From Negaprion brevirostris (taxonomy: Eukaryota), in NCBI GenBank assembly GCA_030324005.1, contig JARDVH010000042.1, forward strand, positions 123,617,028 to 123,681,027: a stretch of DNA of 64,000 nt. Direction: 5' to 3'. The notes below the pieces were generated by a model, which saw only the letters and a program-made list of their open reading frames with translations, searched no databases and had not been told where the DNA came from. A program made the position numbers and the translations under genes. This document shows positions 50,483 through 64,000 of this stretch, piece after piece; the stretch's first letter is position 1, and each line of letters begins with the position of its first letter.

Positions 50483-50748
50483 AAACAGAAAGGACAGCAG
50501 CAAATGGAAACATCACTGCCAACAAGTTCCCCTCCAAAACACCCATTGTCCTGTCTTGGAGCGATGCAGCTGATCCTTCATGTCACTGAGTCAAAATTCT
50601 GGGACACCCTCCCCAAATGCACTCTGCGACTATTCTCCTCATATGGGCTGCAGCAAGAAAACCAGTTCATCACCACCTTCTCCCCCATATTTAGGGATGG
50701 GCAATAAATACCAGGCTTGCCAGGGATACCATATTTATGAATGAAAAA
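50483..50748 (+). mobile_element. CR1 family 2 LINE 3' end
   Basis: tccttcatgtcactgagtcaaaattctgggacaccctccc...tttagggatgggcaataaataccaggcttgccag. Confidence 0.7.
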
Positions 50749-52762
50749 ATATTCTGATGTTGCCTATGTCTGTTTTACCATGAGTTTTGAATACAAACAC
50801 CACAATATTTAAAGTGCGCTACTATTGCGTTGGTACCCATTGAATCCTTCATAATGACTGTTAGTGCCTCATAAATCTTCAGCATGCTGAGATAAATACC
50901 AACAGTAGCCGTGGATTCATTTGTTGTGAATCTCTTGCAACCTGTATAGAACTTCCATAACATTTTATGCAATGCAGGGTTTAAAAATAAATGACTAGCC
51001 TGAAACATTTATAGCTTCTCTGAAACTCTTGCATAAAGAATCCATAATTTAAATTGACAAAGGTATTGTGAATCGGAGCGCACACTAACTGGGAATGCAA
51101 TTCGCAAGAACAGAAGTAAACTATACATTGGAAAGAATACAGATATGTCTTGCTGAGTACATTTCAGCAATTCAAATTGTCTCTAAAGGAATCAGCACAC
51201 ATCCTTTCGTATCTTATTTATTGTTTACTGTGGTGGTTATCTTTAGGGGATGGTTCACTTCAAGTTCTACATGTTTTAAGTGCCATGAAATGCAATATAA
51301 TATTACTTGCATATATCATCAGAACCTGTTCAATAAAGAGAAGCAATATTACCATAAAGGAACTTTGCTGAGGACCTATAATAAATGCCACTTAATGTTT
51401 ACCCCTTCTCTCTTACTCCCTCTCTCTCCTCCCCTCCTGTTCCTAAAACCAGCATAAATATATCCCGTTCCAGTAAAATTCCAGAGCAGACAAAACGTGA
51501 CTAGAGGCAGAGAATGCATGCATTCTAATGATCAATTTAAGGTATCATGGGCCACATGATTTCAAGTCCTCTTAAGTTGCGTTAATGATTGTGCAAGAAT
51601 GCATATCTAAATCATCAAATTATCTCCTAGTGTTTTAGAACTTAATTGTTCAGACTTGAAAATATGACTGGCTGGGACTGAAGTACTGAAATCTGAAACA
51701 TGTTAAGCAATGATATTTCAGCAAAATCAATTTACACACCACTATGTACTTTTTTTCTGGGATGATATCAGCAACATTTTTTTGTGTTTGGATATAGTAA
51801 CATACAAAACACTTCCATCTATATTCTACTATATTTTTGATTCTGTGATTGGAAGAGTTGAAAGATCTGTTGAATTGTTGTTGAGTTTAGAAAATAAGTA
51901 CATACGGCTGGGTTTTGACAGCTGTTTCAAGTATATCTTTTTCCATTGTAATGTAATAGTTCAATTAAATTGAACATGACCTTTATTATACAGCTTGGCC
52001 CCAACTATTGCATTGAAAGTGAAGTACAATGCCAAAATATATTGTTGGAATTTGGAAATTCTATTCCAGTGCAATTTTATTTCCAGGCAAAACAAACTGA
52101 CAATGCCATTTCAGTGTTGGCTTACGAGAAGCAAAAATTCAGTTCCCAGTTCCAACTGTATTACAATCATTGACCATTAGGTGGGAGCTAGTGTATCACA
52201 AATACCTGGGTTGCTTGAATTTGATACTGTACAGTGCTGGAAATCTTTTTTGGATAAGGGCGTTGGTACATTTAATATAAATCATTTTGTGCTTTCTGTA
52301 CGCTTGCAGCTAATGATCAGGAAGTGCAAGAATATTTACTTTCCTAAAATCCTGATCGAACTCTCTTTTTTTCATGGAATATGAGCACTAAAAATCAAGG
52401 TGACTTGAGCACCATGCAATTCGGTGTCTTGAAGATCTAACCAGTGCATTGAGAAAAGCTGTCATATATTATGTTTTTAAAAATGAAAACTATTTACATT
52501 TTTGGACAAGTCAGCCTGTCCTCCATCACCAGAGTCAATTTGGTATCCACTGCTCAGCTTATTGCTGGTTCAGGATTGGCTTTTCCCTGCTTTTGGAGCA
52601 ACCTGGAAGCATTGATTTCTGATCCTGTTAGTAAAACATTGTGCAGTTTCCGCAAATAGTTACAGAAACAGAACAAGCGTAACTTCTTGCCATTACAGAT
52701 GAATTTATTTCAATCACATTCTATTTTTTAAAACTAACTAGAAATGCTTTGCATTGGTAACA

Positions 52763-53058
52763 GGTGGCAACAGTGGCACAGTTGTTTCACTGCTGTTTCA
52801 TAGTGCCAGGTATCCGGAGTTCATTCCAGCCAGAGATGACTGTGTCATGTTTGCACATTTTCCCCATGTCTGCATGGGTTTCCTCGGGTACTCCAGTCTC
52901 CTCCCAAAGATGTATGAGTTAGGTTGATAGGCCATGCTAAATTTGCCGTTGGCGTCAGGGTAAATATGTTAGGTTATGGGGATAGGACCTGGGTGAGATT
53001 GTTGTCGGTGCAGCCTTGATGGGCTGAATGGCCACCTTCTGCGCTGTAGGGATTCTGA
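52763..53058 (+). mobile_element. HE1-type V-SINE, diverged
   Basis: cagtggcacagttgtttcactgctg...gtttgcacattttccccatgtctgcatgggtttcc...ctgcgctgtagggattct. Confidence 0.85.
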
Positions 53059-53059
53059 T

Positions 53060-53252
53060 TTATTCCTTCATAGGATGTGGGCATCACTGGCAAGGCCAGC
53101 ATTTATTGCCCATCCCTAATTGCCCTTGAGAAGATGGTTGTGAGCTGCTGCCTTGAATCGCTGCAATCCATGGTGTAAATGCACCCGTAGTGCTGTTCGG
53201 GAGGGAGTTCCACGATTTTGACCTCATGATAGTGAAGGAATAGCGATATAGT
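53060..53252 (-). mobile_element. CR1 family 2 LINE 3' end
   Basis: ORF 53084..53284 SFTIMRSKSWNSLPNST; tail gggatgggcaataaatgctggccttgccagtgatgcccacatcc. Confidence 0.78.
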
Positions 53253-54093
53253 TTGAATAATTTTATTATTGAAAGAATACACATTTACTAACCAAAATAA
53301 TTTTCGTTATCCAATTTAGTTTGTAATCTTACTGTCACAGTCACTGCAAGAAACAATCACACCTTGCTTTATCAACCTTATAATAGTGAATACTGTAATT
53401 AGTAAACTTGATGAGTTTACTGCTTTAATTACTTGCTTTTGGCAAATAGTCTGGTGTTCATTTCAAGCCTCATATGTTGCGAGGCAGTCTTACTCTCATA
53501 TGATCATCCTATACACTGTGTTTCACAACCTGCCTTTTTTCATCAGTGCTATGGAATGTGTATAAATCTTAATTTAATTATGTTTGTAGTTTAGTGTATG
53601 GATAGCAACAGATGGATTAGGATTTTCTGTGGAATGCAGATCTGAAAAAGGGGGAAAAGATGTTACCTAAACCTTGAAGCCATTTGGAAATCTAGGGTAA
53701 ATGGGACACACTAACAAGTGATAATTTCATTTATCTACACAAAACACATTTATTAATTATAAACCTGACAAAACTAGCAGTGAGTAGAACATGTTTGTTG
53801 TACTGAGGCCATAAAACCATCATATGAGAAGGATAATTACCAAACTCCATTGGGGAAATAAGTAATTGTGCTAGTAGTAAAATTTTAATTGCCTAAGAAT
53901 AAAAAGGTAAATTACAGCTTAACTCCAGATGTAAATATCATGATTTCAGGAATTGTGAGATCCAGTAGAGTTATAGTTTTCATGTAAAATAAATTAATTT
54001 TTTTCGATAATTAGTTGAAGGGAATATCTAAATAAGTTTGGTTGAATAAAATAAATTACTCCACAGGGTAATTTTTTTCATTTCTTTATTTAG

Positions 54094-54320
54094 AACCAAA
54101 GCACCTTCTTTCAATCCGTTCAATGGAAAATGCAGCTAAGGGTTCCTTTACAAAACTCATGGACAGACTAAGTGTGGAGATGGAAAATGTTCCACTCTGG
54201 TGTAATAGACAATTCAGATATGGGCATCAAAAGTCATTGGTACAAATACTGGCTGGTGGACTGTGCACTGACAACACCAAGGCAAGGAAGGAAGGACTAC
54301 AGGTTACCATGCCTATAAAG
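54094..54320 (+). CDS. CCDC171: CCDC171 coding exon (window exon 7), (Q)PKHLLSIRSMENAAKGSFTKLMDRLSVEME...KSLVQILAGGL...QVTMPIK
   Basis: Acceptor tttctttatttag, donor AAG|gtaatg, 227 nt, phase 1-0; recalled human AAKNSFAKLMDKISLVME...SLVQRLAHGL. Confidence 0.93.
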
Positions 54321-55307
54321 GTAATGCTAATAATTCACAGTTGGTGAATCCATTTACCAAATTGATCATTTCTACTAATATTGTTAAAGCTGAAGTATGT
54401 CAACAGATGGATTCTTTGCTAAAATAATGCACAGGCATCAACATTTTAAATGCTTACATCAGTCCTATTGCCTCATTTCAAATTACCTGACAAATTTTGT
54501 TCTTAGGATGCTGGAATTTAATGAGAAATTGTGCTTGTTCAGCAAACAAAATGTTGGAATCAGTTTGTCCCGTGCTTTTACTCATTCACGGACATTCCTG
54601 TAAAGAAGGAGGCATATTAGCTGGTTGTGTATGTGCCAATGCTCACTCCTCCATGTGAGCTATTTATTTTAACCCCATTTTCCTGTAATTGAATCTTAGA
54701 AATGTTGAATTTAAAACAAACTATGTATTAACAGCATATGTTTTGGCTCTAAATTATATGTAGATTTGCACCGCAAAGTGAAAGAACTCAATCCCAATGC
54801 AGTGTAACAGATTTTAATCCCAAGTATAATAAATCCAAGGTTTGCTTTAAACAGTCTTGTAAGATAATCTTTTTGTAGCAGTAAATGTTTTTGATACTCT
54901 ATACCACTTTTGATTGTGGGGTCACACCAATTTTACTCTTCAGTAACAACCCTAAACTACACACACAACCCTTCTTCTGTAACATCCGTCTCATTTCTTA
55001 CAAAATAATTTTTTTTATTGTGTGAATGTCAGTGAAAAACTAAAATGATTATCGGTTAGGATTGAAAGCAAGTTTATCAATAATAAAAATGTTTAGTTTA
55101 TAGGAACCTCAATTTAACTGGTTAGCAGGCACTACTTCTTAATAAATTTCAGTATCCTAAAAACTCAACTACAATTGATAAGGTGGCTGTAATTTATTTC
55201 AGTTATACAGGACTAACACAGTTCAGCCCACTTTTGTGTGTTTCTAGATTTTGTTTTATATTGTTATAATTATTTAAATCAATTTAGTGAAATGTCTGCG
55301 TTTTTAA

Positions 55308-55565
<258 letters not shown>

Positions 55566-56665
55566 TAAATAAGAACTATCTTATTTCTGGGCAGTTTTCC
55601 AGCTTTCCAGCATTGCACTCCCTTAAAATTGTTTGTGTTATACAAAAGTCTCTTTTCCATGGCATTGACATCTTTGTGTCACTTGTGCTGACTCCGTCAT
55701 TAGTACAAACAGTTTGTTTTAATGGAAAAGTTTAAAGTCACAAAAAATATAGATCAGGTAAAATGTTAATAGTTAACAGAATTATTTCATTAGAATGTAT
55801 CCTGAATGACACAAGTTTATTGGCTTTACACACTGCTCTGATTTTTAAGTTTTATAAAGAGATTTTAGACATCTGTTAAATAGTAGATACAAGCTAATTT
55901 TAGTGTCACTTAGTAAAGTTGTAAAAGGTTACTACAGGAAGTCATTGAAGTAGTTATGCAAATCTGTATGTTAAAATTGTACACAGTATCTTGGAAAACA
56001 GTACATTTATTTCTGAAATAAGGATAGCATTTGGTCCGTCGTAATAATCCATTTGGTTTGTTTTCTTCTGATTTACTAACCATAAAAATTATGATACTGT
56101 GAATGTGACAGTACCAAATCATGCATCCATTGATACTCATTTCCTCTGTTTTGCTGGTTTGTGAATAGAATAGATCTTCAGGTTTGAAGATTCCATTTCA
56201 GGAGGGTTCAAAAATAGTCAGAGACAGCATTTAGTGAATAGGTTTTTTGACAACTAACATATCACTGGAGGGTCACTTTCCTGTGTTTTTTTTTAAGAAT
56301 CAGCCAGCTATGTAGCTACTTTTATTAAATTTCTAGATTGTTGAAATGGAATTCAAATTCTCAAATTGCCATGGTTGGATTTGATTTTTGCTTCCTACAT
56401 TAGATGTCATGTAAAATTACCACTAAACTACTGCACCAATTGTTGATATAATTTGATAACTTTATGGAATATTTGGTCTTGTTTAAGGATATTATCTTTA
56501 CTTGCAGCTTGCACAATCTATATTTTGAGAATATTTAAGGATAAATTGGATTCTGTCCTTGGTACTTTACTGATCCACAAATAAACCACAGTGATCATAC
56601 CAGAAAATGTCATTGCCTGATGATGATGATTATTGTATCAATCATGTATGTTCTGGGCCAAGAAG

Positions 56666-56995
56666 GGGCATCATGGTGGCAAAGTGGTTAGCACTGCTGC
56701 CTCACAGCACCAGGGATCCATATTCGATTCCAGCCTTTGCGTGACCGCGTGGAGTTTGCACATTCTCCCTGTGTCTGCGTGGCTTTCCTCTGTGTGCTCC
56801 GGTTTCTTCCCTCACTCCAAAGATGTACATGTTAGGTGGATTGGCAATGGCAAATTGCCCCTTAGTGTCCAAAAATGTGTCGGTTGGTGGATTGGCCATG
56901 GGAAACGTGTCGGGTTATGGCGATAGGATGGAGGGGAGGTCCTGGGTGAAATACTCTTTCGGAGAATCAGTGCAGACTCGATTCTCTGATTCTGT
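56666..56995 (+). mobile_element. HE1-type V-SINE, variant 3' segment
   Basis: Standard head and V-domain, a duplicated ggtggattggccatg block, and a different pre-tail gggtgaaatactctttcggagaatcagtgcagactcg. Confidence 0.85.
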
Positions 56996-57451
56996 GAACG
57001 TCGCAGGTTCATTCTCTGTTTTGGGGAGTTGGCTGAGATCACTGTAAGGATGTTGTAGTTGGTTTCTGCATTCCTGGCTTAGGGTGGAGGTGCTCTTGAT
57101 CACTACCTAATGGCTCTGGTGGGAAATGTATGCCTGTGGATACCTGGAATGACTTGGCTCTGAGTCACCACCACCTTCTCACCCATCCCTGGCTCCCCCT
57201 CCCACCCTCCCCACCACTTTCCCACAACTAGATTTGTTAACATTCTCTGTTCAGGATGGCAATGATTAATTAATAAAAACTCAATAACAGCAAATTAATC
57301 AGAATTTTTAGAAACTCCATCAATAATGAAGAACAGTCGGTTTAAAATCAGTCATAGTTTATTCGTGATAGCCATTTGTCACACAATCCAAATAGTCTTT
57401 GAAGAAAGATTAAATGAGTTGGTGCCTAATTCCATAAATCTATGCTTGTAG

Positions 57452-57652
<201 letters not shown>

Positions 57653-58961
57653 TAACCACTTTCACAGAGCCATCTTGTCTTCACTTTAACTTTCTCGTTG
57701 ATTGCTGCCTTTAATAGAGTCCACTGTAGATGTGTGGTGTACCTGTTCCATTATAAATGCAGAGGTGTCTGCATTACTCAGCCAATTGCTTTTTCTATAC
57801 AGAGCTTTGCAGTGAAGAAGTGCAAAATATGCTAATTTCGCTCTTTAAAAAAAGACACAATTAGACTGCTTCAGGAAGAAGTTAGCATTCTGTTATCATA
57901 TGGTCTAGAATATTGAAAATGAAAACTAATTTATGAAAAATTGTGGAACCTGCAGGTATATAATCTTCAGGAGCAATAAAACTCTGAAAAAGCTAAATGA
58001 TGTGTGAGCTCGTCCATATTGTGCAAATGTTGAGAGGCAGGGAGAACGCAAGGTGGGGAAGAGTAGGTGATGAATTTAAACAGAAGTGAGAAAGGAGCGG
58101 TGAGAGAGGTTGGGACTTGTGCAGCTGGTGTATGTGAGAAGAGAATGGTGTGACCGTATGGTCTGCAGAGAGGAAAGGAAAAGGTAAGTACGCTTGAAAT
58201 GTGAGAGAGGTGTTGCAATCTGCTCTGGTGATTGTACGCTGAAAGATGGAGGGAAGAGAATTACTGAAAATGGGGGCAAGGAAGTGTTGAGATGGGTGTT
58301 TTGAGAGACCATCAGTTGTTGCTCAAAAACTGCAGCCCTTGAAGCCTGTTCATGTTGATATATGTATCTTTTGTGTTGTCAGAATTGATCTCTCAGATAA
58401 TTAAGCCACAGTGTAGGGCATTTAAGGAGAAGGACAATATAAATATATCTGCCTCAACCTCATTGAGACCTGTACTTCCTTCCCTGCTCCTGAGGATATT
58501 GAACCTGACAGCACTGAATACAGGTACTGAAGGTGATGCTGCCAGCACTGAATCTTCCAACCACCCTTTAGACAAACATCATTTCAACTTTGCAGTTTCA
58601 GGAAACAGTGTCTTCTTCTGCCTTTATCTCTGTTTTCACTAAGAACTCCTGTAGGACATCAGACAATCAGTCCTCTGACTTATTTTAGCAGGCACTATGG
58701 CCTTGTGTTCTGGACTTAAAAATCCAATTTGGGAATGCAGTCTCGCTGTAAGAGCTACATCCCTCCTCTAAATTGTGAGCATGGGCCTACTGTTGAAAAT
58801 ATTATTGGGGGCTGCTTCTTGGCGACATATTTTGTGCTCCAAGTTACTTTTTTGGAGGAGGCAGGGTGCTGCTAACCAGAGTTGATTCCTCAGTGCCCCA
58901 GAATCAGTGCAGATGATTCAGAGTGCCCACCTTGGTGCTCTGAGACTTGCATGCAAATATA

Positions 58962-59250
58962 TGAATTAGAAGTAGGAATAGGCCATTCAGTCCTGTGAGC
59001 CTACTCTGCTATTCATTAAGATTTGACTCCAGTCACAACTCCACGTTCCCGCTCGGCCCTGAAAACCTTTCACCCCCTTAATGAAAAGATTTCCAAGGAT
59101 CCCCTACTATTTGAGAGAAAAACATCCTCCTCGTCACAGTTCTCAATGGGTGACCCATTATTTTCAAATAGTGGCCTGCTAGAATTGGATTTTTCATCAG
59201 GAAACATCCTCAGCGCGTCGACCCTGTCAAGACTAGTTATGATAAAGCAG
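58962..59250 (-). mobile_element. CR1 LINE 3' tail fragment
   Basis: gaattagaagtaggaataggccattcagtcctgtgagcctactctgctattcattaag; ORF ITSLDRVDALRMFP. Confidence 0.7.
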
Positions 59251-60774
59251 TAAGGCTCTCTCGCCCTCACACCCAACACGCACTGCATGCCCCATCCATG
59301 CCAAACCCCTCTTACCCTCCATGCCAACGTATGCCCTTTCACCCACCCCAAAGCCTCTAGGCAAACCTGGTGGCATACCTAACCATGATCCCCTCACTCA
59401 TTCCCATGGTCCTTTATAACACATTTGCTAACTTATGTCAAAGTCATGCCAAACTGTGCCCCTACCTTGCCCTTACACCTTCCATACCAACCTACCCATT
59501 ATGCACCAGGCGCAGAACTCTGGAGCCATGCAGAGGTGAAATGATGTTCTATTACAGCCTTTGCTGGAATAAATAAAACCACTAATTGATAAAAGCCAAT
59601 TCAATACATTTAAAGCCCTTATGAAAATAAGTATTTGTATTCGTAGCCCCACATCACAGATGGCTAATTACTTTATAATTACTTGAAACTGTCAGTCAAA
59701 CTAAATTTGCAAGCATCCCACTGTGATATTAATAGGATGTGGAAGCAGTCAAGCAGTACAAACCCTATCATGTTGGCCCTCAGGATTATATCAACAAAAA
59801 GCAGTTGAAATAGCGAGCACCATTTTTCTCCAAATGAGACGACTTTTTTATTTCAAAATTTAAAGATTGGGGATTTAAATGATTTGACAGCTTGACAGGT
59901 CAACATAACTCTTCCACCTTCTTGCACATTAGTGTCTACTCGTAATCCCAGAAGGGTACCCGACCTCTCCAAAGAATGTATGTTTGGGCCATCCCCTCAA
60001 ATTTGTAAATCCCTCAAGTCTGTTTTCAGAAATCTCAGGCCGCTTCACTTTTGAATATGCCATTGCCTCTGTTAACTGTGGATCTGTAAAACATGCCCAA
60101 TCATCTCCCCCATCCCCAGCAAAAGTCGTAAATGCTGGATATGAAAGCTAGACTTCTGTACTCAGGGTGCTGGCACCTTTTTGGCTAAGGCAGTATATCC
60201 TCTGAATTTGAGCTATTTTGTTTTAGTTAAGAGAAGAAACTGTTAAATTCACTTAATGTTTCCCTCTCGTGTCGTATTTTCAGACCACTTTTCCTGCAAA
60301 ATGCAATCAAAAGATTGGGATTTGTAAATATTTTGCTTTTCTTAATTAATTAACGAGTTATGCTTTTTCATCTGTTGTGCTTAATGCTGCTTTAGTTTCT
60401 GCCTGTATACCACTGCTTTACAAAGCTTATGTTGGTTACATGCAGTATCTACTTAAGACTTTTTGAAAGTTGATAGGGATGAAGAAGCAGGACATCCTCC
60501 AGAACACTGTGAAATGCAAAGATAGTCTTTTGAAGAAGAGCTACATAGATTTGTTTCCTCTGGAGATGGTCTTGAGATTTAACAGTGCGCTGTGGGATAT
60601 CCTCTTTGATTTTGCAGCAGGCAGCATTGTCATGTCACTGTTTTCTCAGGGTGCACGTCCTGATAATCTTTCGTATGTCGGACAGCATTTTTACAAACTC
60701 TAATCTACATGTTACTGAATAATGTTGATACTTCAGGGGCATAATTTTAGAGAAATGTAAAATGTGTTTTTACA

Positions 60775-61025
60775 AATTCCCTCCTCTACTCTTCTCATCT
60801 TTCATCTCCTCTCACTCTCCATTAACCATCTGTCCTCACCTTTTTGCTCTCTTTCCATTTAAGCCGCTTCTCTTTCCCTACTGTCGCACTTTTCTCCCTC
60901 TTCTTCAGCCCCAATATTCTCCTGCACAACCCCCTCTCTGTGCACCTGGCCCCTCAGACCTCTTACACACCCCTCATTGCACGCACTTCTCCCTCCTCAC
61001 CCTCCTCCAGCCCACTCCTCCTGAG
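60775..61025 (+). repeat. Pyrimidine-rich low-complexity tract
   Basis: Long C/T-rich run with no fixed period. Confidence 0.6.
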
Positions 61026-62687
61026 GATGTTGACTCACACTCTGCTATGATTTTGCCAAGCTGCATCTTCCACTTTTTCAGCAGTGTCTGTTGTTAATAT
61101 GTGCACTCAGACAGCGATTATCTGGCATCCATTCAGCAATTGATGGCACATTTAAGCTCAAATTTGTCCTCAATTGGCAGTTGCAAACCTGCATTTTCCA
61201 GGCGGGGCTGCTGGATGGTGAACAAAAGAAACCTTGTCTGATTTCTCTCTCTACCCTGGGACTAGAAGGCCAGCTGTGGTGCCCAGCTACTGCCTGCCTA
61301 ATATTGATTAACTCAGCAAGATGTTCCTTGTCTGTCTGATTCAGTGGCATATCATTCATTGCATTTAGCCAATAATGCTGAAGCATGCACCCATAGGCTT
61401 TGTCAATCACGTTAATCACTAGAAAATAAATTTATTTAACCCAAAACAGTATAATAAAACCCGAGACACTGCCAGGGATAATTTCAATGTTCTGAAATGC
61501 ACGTAGTACTGAATCAGAACACTTCTACTAGTTTACAAGGCTTGCTATACTTTAGATAATTCTGAGTGACAGTCCAGGAAAAGATTCTGAATTAACAGTT
61601 GTATTTTAAAAGTGCAGGCACTTAATTTTATCGCTTACCATTCGAATGCTCGGCATTCGCAACAAGTTGATCTGCAAGATGTCTGAAGATAGAATCTCTT
61701 GATCTCTTGTAAATCTAGCAGAATATCGGCAGCCCTCGGGAAATGCGTAAAAGGCTATTTACACCTAATGTGGTAGAGTTTCTGCTTTGGGCATGATCAG
61801 AAATCTGATCGCTCAAAATTGCACTACTTTCTCCGATTGACAATTTTTGCTCAAGTTTCTGCTCCAAGGCAAAAATGAGCATTTTTAATTAGAATGTCTA
61901 CTCATTCACCTGTGAATAACCTGATTTTAAACAGCTGAAAGTAACCGCAGCTTTTTAAAATTTAATCATTTACTAATTTTGTTATCGTGCATTCATCAGT
62001 TTGTTAGCATATTAAATATTTTTTTTACTCATTGAGAAGTTTTTAAAAGGTACCTGTGTGCCGAAAAGAAAATAAATGCTAGATTTTAAGAGGCTCTTTG
62101 CTGGCTTGCAAAGGGGCATAATTAGTGGAAATTTGCCATGGTGATTAATTCAGCCGTAGGCAGGGCCAGCTTTGTGGGCAGGGCTATTTTCCAGCATATT
62201 TTTAAAACTAGGGCAAAAGATCATAGAAACTCAATTTGCACTGGATGTAATTTACACATTGACATTTTTTAACACTGATTTGGCCCAAATTATGTGCATT
62301 GTGAAGCCAGCATATCCTAGCAGGAACTCCAGGAAAAATAGCTCCTCATGATCCTCCAACTCTTTGCACAACAGCTATTGATCAGTACTTTCAAATGTAT
62401 GAAACATACCCAGAATCATCTACCACTTTTCCAACAGACCAATAATTGTTAAAGCCAGCAGTTTGCAAATAAGCATTTACATTTCTCATGAAGCTGTACA
62501 CCAGTTAATTATGAACTGCAGCTCATGTACAGCATCACTGATGCAAGAAAACTTATTGCACTGCCTTGCTAGCAGCACATTTATATTGTTCTTGTTGAAA
62601 TCTGGTTTGTGCACAAGAGATGTTAAACCAACAGTAAAAATGCATTATAAAAGCAGCAGGAGTTAGCATGCTAGTTTCTGCACACAC

Positions 62688-62975
62688 AGAATCCTATCAT
62701 GCAGAAGGAGGCCATTTGGCCAATCGAGTCTGCACCGACCACAATCCTACCCAGGCCCTATTGGTATAACCCCATGCATTTACCCTAGCTAGTCCCCCTG
62801 GCACTCGGGGGCAATTTAGCATGGTTGATCCACCTAACTTGCACATCTTTGGACTGTGGGAGGAAAATGGAGCACCTGGAGGAAACCCACGCAGACACCG
62901 CACAGACCACCACCCAAGCCGAGAATCAAATCCGAGTCCCAGGTGCTGCGAGGCAGTAGTGCTAACCACTTGCGC
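62688..62975 (-). mobile_element. HE1-type V-SINE (internal deletion)
   Basis: gcagaaggaggccatttggccaatcgagtctgcaccgacc...gaggcagtagtgctaaccact. Confidence 0.88.
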
Positions 62976-63059
62976 CCAAAAGGAATAAACAGAAACAAGA
63001 AGCACACCCTCCAACTTAGCATTAGCCAAACCAGGAGAAATGCATTAATTATACTACAG

Positions 63060-63142
63060 TATAAGAACATAAGAAGTAGGAGCAGGAGTCGGCCATCTAG
63101 CCCTTCGAGCCTGCCCCGCCATTCAATAAGATCACGGCTGAT
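63060..63142 (-). mobile_element. CR1 LINE 3' tail running into a gap
   Basis: ataagaacataagaagtaggagcaggagtcggccatctagcccttcgagcctgccccgccattcaataagatc. Confidence 0.8.
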
Positions 63143-63656
63143 NNNNNNNNNNNNNNNNNNNNNNNNNNNNNNNNNNNNNNNNNNNNNNNNNNNNNNNNNN
63201 NNNNNNNNNNNNNNNNNNNNNNNNNNNNNNNNNNNNNNNNNNTAATATCGCCAGGGATGGGATTTGTTGCAACATGCTATTAAGGGATGGCAGCAAAGCA
63301 TCACTGGAAAGGAAGTGTGTCATTCCGTACTGTTTTAGTTTTATTGTTGATTTTGACAATAGCACACAGATACACATAGCTCTGCTGCTGATATTTCTAA
63401 ACTTTGTACCATGCATTAATGCTCCAGTTCTTAGTCTAAATATATGAACCCACAAAGTGTTCCACAGTCTATGAGTGATTGGTGTCTATATCATTATAGC
63501 AACCCAATAGCAATGGTATTTTCAATTCATTGCAAATATTTCTTGGACACTTATTGACATATATCTTAAATTTTATTTCAGTCAAGTAGTGGAAATGAAT
63601 AAAAACATGCTCAGCAGGGTGTGAAGTAATGAGTTGCGCTTACAATGAAACACTTT

Positions 63657-63790
63657 GGGTGAGGTTTTTTGGCCATGTTCACTCCAAAACCAGAAAATCC
63701 CAGCTGAAGTCAACGAACCTTTGCATGGTCCAATCCCCTTTCCACCTGCAACACATGCCGTGGTGGACAGGATGGGAGAATCCCCCCCCC
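63657..63790. mobile_element. Candidate short MITE
   Basis: Degenerate ends gggtgaggtttttt / ggagaatccccccc resembling those of the 35661 element. Confidence 0.35.
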
Positions 63791-64000
63791 ATCATGCTTC
63801 GGCACAAGACCCCAACCAATGGGGGACTCTCATGCCAGCTATTGGCTTTGGGGTACCAATCAGAGCTGACAGCTCTGTATTTGCTGATAGTTTATTAGTT
63901 GATAGGCTCAATTTGTATTTCTTGAGCCTATCAGTAACCAATGCAAAGCAACACCAGGCTCTGATTGGTGCAGACCTCTTAGAGTGTGAAAATACTGTGC

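Noticed and set aside
58800-60130. Possible large non-autonomous DNA transposon remnant (similar texture at 1510-2230 and 61720-62300)
   Set aside because: Could not define matching terminal inverted repeats or coding remnants by eye

Overview
Eukaryotic, AT-rich genomic DNA with N-gaps from a draft assembly. The repeats (about 10 HE1-type V-SINEs, CR1/HER1-like LINEs, Deu-SINE, Penelope ends) indicate a cartilaginous fish, most likely a shark. The whole window lies inside one + strand gene, the orthologue of CCDC171 (C9orf93). Nine internal GT-AG coding exons (3352-57643) splice in consistent phase into 1869 nt / 623 codons with no stop; both gene ends lie outside the window. Apart from those overlapping these exons or decayed retroelement ORFs, the ORFs in the supplied track are spurious or gap-spanning. 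The introns hold layered transposon fossils (CR1, Rex1/Babar-like, RTE, Penelope-like, several SINE families, candidate solo LTRs and MITEs), a tRNA-Ile-derived pseudogene, and several repeat-free blocks that look like conserved non-coding enhancers. The most notable unexplained pattern is three distinct families of Penelope-type termini carrying minimal type-I hammerhead ribozyme cores (CUGANGA-stem II-GAAA with a palindromic stem III). These recur as short self-complementary inverted-repeat insertions without coding sequence. Family names come from recalled consensus sequences, not database searches, and repeat boundaries are approximate (about +/-10-20 nt).
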